Shown here piece by piece: positions 7,082 through 13,620 of a stretch of 17,209 bases of DNA. This DNA comes from Oligoflexus sp. (GTDB lineage Bacteria; Bdellovibrionota_B; Oligoflexia; Oligoflexales; Oligoflexaceae), in assembly GCA_041736305.1 (NCBI GenBank), contig JBGSTX010000149.1, positions 1 through 17,209 on the forward strand, written 5' to 3'. A model generated the notes under the pieces. That model saw nothing but the letters and a program-made list of their open reading frames with translations. It had not been told where the DNA came from and searched no databases. The translations under genes were made by a program, and so were the position numbers. Position 1 is the stretch's first letter; each line of letters starts with the position of its first letter.

Positions 7082-8845
7082 ATGCATGACAGCAGTAATG
7101 CCTTAAAGGAAATAATTGCGTTGAGTGGACAAAGAAGCATTTATTGGATCTGTTCGAAGCCGACGCCTCTAGTGCAGGAGAAGGTGGAGATTTTGCGGCG
7201 ATTTCACATCGAAGTCTCCATGATTCCTGATCTCTTGACGCTATCTCGCTCCTACTCCCAAAATCGGCTCAATACTATCCTTATCAACGACGACCTCATC
7301 GATCGCAATCTCCATGAGTCTCTCCAGAAGATCGCCGTGCGTCCAGAATATGCCGGGGTGAGAATGATTCTCTCCAAAACCGGTGTGGCCCCCGACTTTG
7401 TTTCCCTGGCGGTGGCCATGGGTTTCCGCGACATAATACCTCTCGACCTTAGTCCTGAAGAATGGATACGGCGCTACGTTTTTGCATCCGCGGGCCATCC
7501 AACTGATCTAGCTGAGCCGCTTCCACAGATGGGACTGAGGAACATAGCAGCGCTCCATGTGCCTGCCCGTATCAGCTGGATCAGCGAAAAAGAGCTCTGG
7601 CTTGAAACTCGATTGATTCCTCCAGTCGGCTCGCAACTTAACATCACGGGCGGTCTCTGTGAACTGCTCGGTGTGCATCATGTAGCTGTCAAAGTAATCG
7701 AACACCATCAAACTCACCTGCATTATCGCTATTCAGACGCTCTTCTTTGCCGCTGGGACTTACCGCGCCAGATGCAGGAGAAAAAACAGCCATTAATTGC
7801 CTTCATTCAAGCCCAGAAAGAAGCGCCCCCACACCGTATCTACAATATCGTCCGCACACAGAATCTGCGCAAAGGGATCATAAGGCAGCTGGATCCTCGC
7901 CACTTCCATCTCTATATGGCCCTCAATAAAACCAATATGATCCACGAACCCAAATACATCAGTCCGGATGCCATCGTCATCGAAGACCTCATGTGCTCAG
8001 GAAGCAATCGAGTGGCGTTCAAGGAAATGGTGGATCAACTGCCCAGCGGCACTCCGATATTTGTCATCGGCCCCAATGGGGTCAATGACCCCTTCCAAGA
8101 CTTTTCTCGATCGGTCTCCATCACCACTCTGGCGGAACTTCCTGTGAGTTTTGGATCTTTTCTCAACTCTCGCATCGGACCGCCCAAGGTCCTGAGGGAG
8201 GGGGCCACATTCGTCCCGAAAAGCCACAATCTATCATTTGCCCAGGTAGTCCTGCCAGCGCGTCTGACCAGTATCCACCCGCAATCGGTGCAACTGGCTC
8301 TGCATTTTCCCTTAGGGCGCTTCGGCATTTGCGCAATGGAATCGACCCCCTTCACGCAGTCGCTTGGCAGGAAGGTGCATCTCAAAGTTATCCAAGGGCG
8401 CCAGCATATTGACCCTGCTCTAGCTGGTTTTCCATATCATATCAATGGCTTAATAATAGATCTGAAAAGGGAAGAGCGCTGGCAGCTGGCTCAGCACTTG
8501 GTTGCCTACTATCAGCAAAAGCTCTTACCGGCTCCTGAGCCTGCAAATAAACCCAAGCTCAAAAGTCGCAACCTACCTCCTGAAGCTATCAGTATCGATC
8601 CCTCGGCTGAGGAAGGGGACTCTTCGCCAGTTGATGAAGCCGAAGCAGGGCCAAGCCGCATGGCTAGGTTCTTTAGTAAAGAAGTTAAGATAGGCATCCT
8701 CGTCATCTTCATTTTTGCGATCTTCTTTGCACTCATCATAAAGTTTCACGATCCCGAAGAAGAAGGCAATATCTATAGCGATCAGCTTCGTATTTTCAAG
8801 GAGATGCACTCGCCTGCCCGCCGCGGTCTAAAAAACCCACCCTGA
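7082..8845 (+). CDS. Hypothetical C-terminally membrane-anchored protein; apparent tandem (pseudo-receiver + PilZ-like) x2
   Basis: 587-aa ORF. Receiver-like segments: AVAMGFRDIIPLDLSPEEW and RIYNIVR...SPDAIVIED. Repeated barrel starts: LHVPARISWI and VVLPARLTSI. A Pro/acidic linker leads to one TM (IGILVIFIFAIFFALII). The CDS is confident; the domain calls are tentative. Confidence 0.75.
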   Translation: MHDSSNALKEIIALSGQRSIYWICSKPTPLVQEKVEILRRFHIEVSMIPDLLTLSRSYSQNRLNTILINDDLIDRNLHESLQKIAVRPEYAGVRMILSKTGVAPDFVSLAVAMGFRDIIPLDLSPEEWIRRYVFASAGHPTDLAEPLPQMGLRNIAALHVPARISWISEKELWLETRLIPPVGSQLNITGGLCELLGVHHVAVKVIEHHQTHLHYRYSDALLCRWDLPRQMQEKKQPLIAFIQAQKEAPPHRIYNIVRTQNLRKGIIRQLDPRHFHLYMALNKTNMIHEPKYISPDAIVIEDLMCSGSNRVAFKEMVDQLPSGTPIFVIGPNGVNDPFQDFSRSVSITTLAELPVSFGSFLNSRIGPPKVLREGATFVPKSHNLSFAQVVLPARLTSIHPQSVQLALHFPLGRFGICAMESTPFTQSLGRKVHLKVIQGRQHIDPALAGFPYHINGLIIDLKREERWQLAQHLVAYYQQKLLPAPEPANKPKLKSRNLPPEAISIDPSAEEGDSSPVDEAEAGPSRMARFFSKEVKIGILVIFIFAIFFALIIKFHDPEEEGNIYSDQLRIFKEMHSPARRGLKNPP

Positions 8846-8857
8846 TCGATTCGTCGA

Positions 8858-8891
8858 AATTGTCGACAGTCCACTCCCGCTTCTGACAATT
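8858..8891. promoter_or_regulatory. Inverted repeat, candidate enhancer-binding-protein site
   Basis: AATTGTC-N20-GACAATT, with the palindrome TGTCGACA at 8861-8868. It sits about 90-120 nt upstream of the predicted sigma54 start site. Confidence 0.35.
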
Positions 8892-8952
8892 CAATCATCT
8901 TTCTGAGTGTTTTAAGCACTGAGAACTTCAAGTTCTTTCCTTAGGTATGAAT

Positions 8953-8968
8953 GGGCCAAGATTTTGCA
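8953..8968 (+). promoter_or_regulatory. Candidate sigma54 (-24/-12) promoter for the TPR gene pair
   Basis: GGGCCAAGATTTTGCA: GG(8954-55)-N10-GC(8966-67) with TTGCA. The -24 box deviates from TGGCAC. Confidence 0.45.
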
Positions 8969-9059
8969 GTGTAGAGTTCGCAGAGATCCCGCGAGGGACG
9001 ATCTGCGAGCTGATCGATGTTGTTGCACCTGTGGAAGTTGTGTGGAGCTTGACGTGGAT

Positions 9060-12032
9060 ATGACTTTGCGAAATTACTGGCGCTTTATAGTGAGCCTATT
9101 CTTCTTGGCCGGATCTTCAGGGGTCCTCAGTGCACAAGCTTGGGAGCCGGTCTACCCTCTGCCAAGCACCAGCGAACTCCCTCTCATCGCTGAATCGTTG
9201 CGCGATCCAGATATGGAGCGCCAGCGCATTACGGATGACATCTATGCTCAAAGAGCCCTTGAAGAGCAGAGTGCCATGAGCAAAGAACTGAATCTTGCGC
9301 AAGGCAATCGGCGCATCGAGCTGATGGGAGAGCTCTATAGAAGCAATGTAGTTCTCGCCATGTTCTATGAAGACATTATTTCCGCTCGGCTATCACTGCA
9401 AGGAAACTATGGTAATCCTTCGCAAGAACTAAGCAAAGTTCGCCGACTCATTCAGCGCTTTGCGAGCGAGTTTGCCAGAACTAGTAAAGATCGCTCTGCG
9501 CAAGCCGTAGCGATCTATCATGCAAGCGTTGCTCAGTATCTCAATGGTGAAGGCGTGAGCGTCGATTTACTGCAAAAACTGAAGAAGAAGGTCAAGCGCC
9601 CTCTTCAAAGCCGGATCACCTATCTCAGCGCACTGGCCCAGGGAAGAAATCCTACTAAAGAACGCCGTCGCGAGTTAGTGACTAATCTCTCTGGCTTGAG
9701 CAGCTCTGGTCGGATTTCAGCTCAACTTTACCTGGCGACGGTCGAAGCTAACGCAAAGCCAAGTAACTACCTCACCCGACTTGACCGAGCCGTCGGTGAG
9801 TCTAAAGGTCGGTCGAAAGTCGAGCGCGAGCGCATTGCCACCTATGCCTTGACGGTTTGGCGTAAAAAAGAAGGTTCGCGTATTGATTGGGCCCGTTCGC
9901 CTTTGCGCCTAAAGCAGAACCAGGACCTTGAACTTAGCAAAGCTGTCGTCGAGCGCTCCGTTATCCAGACATCGAAAGGCAAGAATTACGCTCCTTCGAT
10001 CCGCTTCTATTCAGCGATGGCTGATAGCTCTCAAGGCCAGCCCCGCCTAGCAGTACTCATGAACCGCATACTCGATCTAGAAGCGGCACAATACCGAAGC
10101 TCACGTTCACCAATCGCCTATGAAAAGGCTTTGATTAAATCGCAGCAGATACTGGCCCGGAAGGGTGTTCTTGGGGATACCCGCGATCAGGAAGCCACTA
10201 ACGCTCTGGCGCAAGTCCGCCAACGCCACAGAAACCTAGTGGGTGAACTCATAAAGTATTCAAAGCAAAAATCTGCGACAAAAATCAATCGTCGCGACAG
10301 CATCCGTGTAGCTCAAACCTTCCTCAATGGCTTTGCTACGCCCGAAGACCAAATCCCGCTGAAGACCGACATCGCAAATCTCTATTATCTAAACGAGCAG
10401 CACGTTGAAGCAGTGAAGCTATACGTGGCTTTGAAAACCGAAACCCAGGGTGAAGCTTCCCAGCAGTACCTGCTGCTCGCGATGCGCTCGCAGAGAATCC
10501 TAGCTCGCTGGCCGGAAAAAGCCCCTTGGGACGGCAGCGATCGGCAGCAGGAAGGCTATCGCCGGGTCTTGCTGGCGATGTACAGCGAAAGGCTCCAGTC
10601 CGGCTCAAACTGGTCAGACCGCGCTCACTTAGGTTTGCTCTACATCAATCTTGGCCAGACCGAAAAGGCCTACGAAATCTGGACAGCAGCGATACAGAAG
10701 GACTCCTCTGGAATTCATGCCCAGCTAGCGAGCGGGATGATGCTCAATAGCTACAAGGTCGCTCGTCAATGGCAGAAACTCGAAGATCTAAGTCGCAACA
10801 TCATCAAGCTCCGCATCGCGCCCATGCACAAGGGACTTGTCTTAGATGCCAACACCTTGCTGGCTGATGCCCTCTTCGAAGGTGGCAAGGAGCACTATGC
10901 CGCACAACGGTACGCGCAGGCTTCTGAGAAGCTAGCCGAGCTGGTAAAGAACTTTAAAGTCGAAAAGCGCCGCCCTGAGGCGATGTTCGTGCTAGGCAAA
11001 AGCTATCACATGGAACCTAAACATCCTCAGTCAGTCGAGACCATGTATGCCCTGGTGAATGAGTATCCAGGTGGTGCTTTCGAGCACGACGCCCTCCTCC
11101 TCGGCGGAAGCTGGTCTAAGCCGATGGCCTGGGAAGATCAAACCATCTATTTCTATCAGCGCTTTGCCGACAAGTACGCTCGTGATCCTAAAGCCCCTGC
11201 GGTACGTGCCACTCTAGTTGAGCTCTATATGGGTCGTGAACTCTACGGTAACGCCGTTCGAGCTCATGCAGCGCAGGCTGAAGATCCTCAGGTTCTCCGT
11301 GAGCAGAAGGTCAAGTCAGCCTTGGCTGTAATGCATACGGAAGAGCGCTATGGTGAAGCTAAGCATGCGCTCTGGGGTGCGAACAAGGCTAAGGAACTCT
11401 CGGGCAACAGTCCGGCAGTCGTCGCCGAAGTCCTTTCATTCGAAGCACGGCAAGCTGCTGCAGCCAACAATCTGCCTAAGATCAAGCAGATCGAAGCGCA
11501 ACTTTCAGCCTTGGGCGCTAGCGACAGGAGCTCGATCGAAGCCCTGGCTTTGACCCGCTTCATCCTAGCGGAAAAGCAAGCTGAACTCACTAAGCAGGAA
11601 ATTTTCAACCTCGAGCAGACCGATCCTTACAAGACTTTGAATGCTCAGTTCGGGATCTTCACGCGCACCAAGGATGCTTACGAAAAAGTTTGCTTGCCAG
11701 GGCCCTCGAGCTACTGCGGCTTGGCTATGCTTCGCCTCTCGGAGACGACAAGAAACAGCCTAAAGTCGATCGAAGATCTGACTATCGCGCAGACTCTTGA
11801 TGCTGCAACAGTCCAACAGTTCGAAAAGCAGAAGCTGGCTATCATCACCAGCATCACGGGTACGGCTTCCAAGGCCGACGCGATGGCCCTCGGAATTTCT
11901 GAGCAGGGTGAAACCTTGCCTGAGTGGGCTAAGGAAATTGAACTCAATAGTTCGGACGATAGCCTCAATCGCTCGCATGGAGCTATCGGCAATGGCTACA
12001 TCCAGTGGCTCCCAGTCAAGGTCGAAGAATAA
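9060..12032 (+). CDS. Large exported TPR-repeat protein (990 aa), GltD/AgmU-like
   Basis: The ATG at 9060 gives a Sec signal peptide (MTLRNYWRFIVSLFFLAGSSGVLSAQA). The sequence is all-helical with BamD/YbgF-type TPR pairs (ALFEGGKEHY..QRYAQA..L..LVKNF; LVNEYPGG; YQRFADKY). Size, C-terminal pattern and the downstream TPR lipoprotein recall gliding-motility GltD; that homology is inferred. Confidence 0.8.
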   Translation: MTLRNYWRFIVSLFFLAGSSGVLSAQAWEPVYPLPSTSELPLIAESLRDPDMERQRITDDIYAQRALEEQSAMSKELNLAQGNRRIELMGELYRSNVVLAMFYEDIISARLSLQGNYGNPSQELSKVRRLIQRFASEFARTSKDRSAQAVAIYHASVAQYLNGEGVSVDLLQKLKKKVKRPLQSRITYLSALAQGRNPTKERRRELVTNLSGLSSSGRISAQLYLATVEANAKPSNYLTRLDRAVGESKGRSKVERERIATYALTVWRKKEGSRIDWARSPLRLKQNQDLELSKAVVERSVIQTSKGKNYAPSIRFYSAMADSSQGQPRLAVLMNRILDLEAAQYRSSRSPIAYEKALIKSQQILARKGVLGDTRDQEATNALAQVRQRHRNLVGELIKYSKQKSATKINRRDSIRVAQTFLNGFATPEDQIPLKTDIANLYYLNEQHVEAVKLYVALKTETQGEASQQYLLLAMRSQRILARWPEKAPWDGSDRQQEGYRRVLLAMYSERLQSGSNWSDRAHLGLLYINLGQTEKAYEIWTAAIQKDSSGIHAQLASGMMLNSYKVARQWQKLEDLSRNIIKLRIAPMHKGLVLDANTLLADALFEGGKEHYAAQRYAQASEKLAELVKNFKVEKRRPEAMFVLGKSYHMEPKHPQSVETMYALVNEYPGGAFEHDALLLGGSWSKPMAWEDQTIYFYQRFADKYARDPKAPAVRATLVELYMGRELYGNAVRAHAAQAEDPQVLREQKVKSALAVMHTEERYGEAKHALWGANKAKELSGNSPAVVAEVLSFEARQAAAANNLPKIKQIEAQLSALGASDRSSIEALALTRFILAEKQAELTKQEIFNLEQTDPYKTLNAQFGIFTRTKDAYEKVCLPGPSSYCGLAMLRLSETTRNSLKSIEDLTIAQTLDAATVQQFEKQKLAIITSITGTASKADAMALGISEQGETLPEWAKEIELNSSDDSLNRSHGAIGNGYIQWLPVKVEE

Positions 12033-12082
12033 TTACAGCTTGTTGCGAGGCCTCGCCAGGCCTCTTAGGAAGGACAGTTCAT

Positions 12083-13111
12083 ATGTATCGCAATTTATGC
12101 CTCGGCCTCAGTTTGTTCGCTTTGACAGCCTGCGTAACTTCGCAAGAATCTCGGCCTAAAAAAGAGCGAGCCCAGGCTTCTAGTCTCGTTTTCAATAAGT
12201 CGCCAATCGTGCAACAGACCTCTGGTCGCAGCATCCTGCGCAAGCTGGATCGGGACACTTGGATTCAGGTTCGCAATAGTACGAAAGATGAGCACATCAA
12301 GCTTTATGCGACTCTTGGGGCTGGTGAATGGGATGTCTCGATAGCCGATGCGCGAGCTTACCTCCAGGCGCATCCACGCGATGAGGTAGGTATCACGGTT
12401 TTAGCACTCGCTCTGTCGATGAAACGTAACTACAGCCTCGCGGCCTATTACGCTAAGCTTCTCGATGAACTCCATCCAGGGAATCCTGAAGTCTACAATA
12501 TTCTCGGCCTTGCGATCATGAATAAGCCAGGTCCTAGCTTCGAAGATTATCGGCAGGCGATGAAAAACTTTCAAACAGCTTTCGATAGCTCCTCCCAGCA
12601 GGTTGCCAGCGGCCTAAACCTCGCTTATCTCCAACTGGAGATGGGCAACGCAGCTGCATCCCGTGACACCTTTGCAGCCGTTCGCGATCGCTGCGAACAA
12701 TGCGTCGAAGCTAGCCTGGGTTATGGCATCGCGTTGAGCAGGACCCAGGAATATGACAAGGCAGAAAAAGTTTTCAAAGGGGTACTTGAAAAGGAGCCAC
12801 ATAGTTCCTACGCCCGCTATTACTTGGCTCTCGTGGCCAAATACGGACGCGGTGATAATGAAGGAGCCATGAAGCATCTCAGTGCTATCCTAAATGATAC
12901 GGCCAACAAAAATACCGACATGCAGCGGAAGGCCAACTTCCTCTACCGCCGCATTCAAGCTCAAGTATATGGACAGCCTAAAGAGGCTATCGCTGAAGCG
13001 AAGCCCAAGGCCGACAAGAAGCTGCCGGCTAGCAAAGAAAATGACAAGCCTCTGCCTCCTGCCCCGGCTCTCGAAGAAGGCGATATCGAACAGGCAATTA
13101 ACGCCGAATAA
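12083..13111 (+). CDS. TPR-repeat lipoprotein (342 aa), GltE/AglT-like
   Basis: The ATG at 12083 follows AGGAAGGA and gives a signal peptide with lipobox LTAC. TPR turns include HPRDE, HPGNPEVYNILGLA and EPHSSYARYYLA. There is a CEQC motif and a Pro/Lys-rich tail. Confidence 0.85.
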   Translation: MYRNLCLGLSLFALTACVTSQESRPKKERAQASSLVFNKSPIVQQTSGRSILRKLDRDTWIQVRNSTKDEHIKLYATLGAGEWDVSIADARAYLQAHPRDEVGITVLALALSMKRNYSLAAYYAKLLDELHPGNPEVYNILGLAIMNKPGPSFEDYRQAMKNFQTAFDSSSQQVASGLNLAYLQLEMGNAAASRDTFAAVRDRCEQCVEASLGYGIALSRTQEYDKAEKVFKGVLEKEPHSSYARYYLALVAKYGRGDNEGAMKHLSAILNDTANKNTDMQRKANFLYRRIQAQVYGQPKEAIAEAKPKADKKLPASKENDKPLPPAPALEEGDIEQAINAE

Positions 13112-13140
13112 GCGTTGCAACTCTACACCCACTTCTCTAA

Positions 13141-13180
13141 AGGGGTTTCTGCACAAAAGCAGAAACCCCTGTTTTATTTT
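13141..13180 (+). terminator. Rho-independent terminator of the TPR operon
   Basis: Perfect 12-bp stem AGGGGTTTCTGC-ACAAAA-GCAGAAACCCCT followed by GTTTTATTTT, starting 30 nt after the stop codon. Confidence 0.9.
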
Positions 13181-13207
13181 CTAGCTCAAACTCGAGTTGT
13201 TTTATTA

Positions 13208-13235
13208 TTGACACTAAAAATAAAGGGAATATGCT
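13208..13235 (+). promoter_or_regulatory. Near-consensus sigma70 promoter
   Basis: TTGACA(13208-13213)-N16-TATGCT(13230-13235), with AT-rich sequence upstream. Predicted start is about 13242. Confidence 0.7.
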
Positions 13236-13241
13236 GACTTT

Positions 13242-13480
13242 AGAGAGTTGGAAGAGTTGAACGTGAAGTTTTCTCCCAGCTCTCAAGACGGCGAAAACTG
13301 GTTTCTAAGCTTTGCAGCGGATCGTTGATGGGGTGAATTCCTCGGGCGGCGATCTTACAAGCACTACCTCGTTAGATTCTGGAAAGTCCGTCTTCACGGT
13401 TTCGTGATAGGTATAGCGCTCAGAGCTAAGCTTTTTTCTTCTTTGAGAAAAGACGGCTATTGAAGCGCTATACTTACGTT
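13242..13480 (+). ncRNA. Candidate structured RNA (stand-alone sRNA or cis-regulatory leader of yitJ), family not recognised
   Basis: It begins at the predicted start site of a strong promoter and contains three consecutive stem-loops (13243-13284, 13285-13394, 13408-13476) with many G-U pairs on this strand. No long + strand ORF covers it. Confidence 0.5.
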
Positions 13481-13492
13481 TGCCGCAATCAA

Positions 13493-13501
13493 TGTCATAA
13501 T
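13493..13501 (+). promoter_or_regulatory. Candidate extended -10 promoter proximal to yitJ
   Basis: TGTCATAAT (TGn-CATAAT) about 120 nt upstream of the ATG; the -35 element is poor. Confidence 0.35.
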
Positions 13502-13620
13502 GCCGCCTACTCGCTTCCCGCTTTCGCAATGCCCTGGTTTCTAATAGGATGAGTTTCATTGTTGGCCAATCTTGTCCATTATAAGCTCTGGCAAGGGCTC
13601 TGCGACCGGGATTTAAGTCT

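Noticed and set aside
8981-9005. c-di-GMP-I (GEMM) riboswitch, suggested by a GCGA tetraloop followed by GGGACG
   Set aside because: The required GGCAAA, GCAAAG and second hairpin with a tetraloop receptor are missing.
8964-9059. Cys-rich N-terminal extension (CCCTCGSC) of the TPR ORF in the ORF track
   Set aside because: The TTG start lies within the putative promoter and the region forms an RNA hairpin. ATG 9060 gives a clean signal peptide, so the extension is most likely an artefact.
12005-12082. Upstream GTG start for the TPR lipoprotein
   Set aside because: It overlaps the previous gene. ATG 12083 has an SD and puts the lipobox at a normal distance from the N-terminus.
13281-13356. 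SAM-I riboswitch resemblance (TCAAGAC, GAAA-ACTGG-TTTC, GGTGAATTCC)
   Set aside because: The conserved ATC..GAG, kink-turn GA/GA, GCAAC and GTGC elements and a P1 helix are absent or out of order, so it is not called as SAM-I.
13328-13395. FMN or cobalamin riboswitch T-loop-like strings (GGGGTGAATTCC, GTTAGATTC, AAAGTCCG)
   Set aside because: It lacks the FMN GCCGAC.GT and GGATG elements and the cobalamin GCCACTG, GGGAAG and AGYCAGRAGACC elements.
13379-13460. RNase P RNA-like motifs: GGAAAGTCCGTC (13381-92) can pair with GACGGCT (13452-58) with a bulged U, like helix P4
   Set aside because: Only about 55 nt separate the two strands, and GAGGAA and ACAGAA..GCTTA are imperfect. I cannot build P1/P2/P3 in the right order or find an S-domain. 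A cmsearch with RNase P models would settle it.
13589-13604. Sigma54-like TGGCAAGGGCTCTGCG upstream of yitJ
   Set aside because: The spacing fits, but the start would be about 6 nt before the ATG, leaving no ribosome-binding site, and the -12 box is imperfect. It is probably chance.
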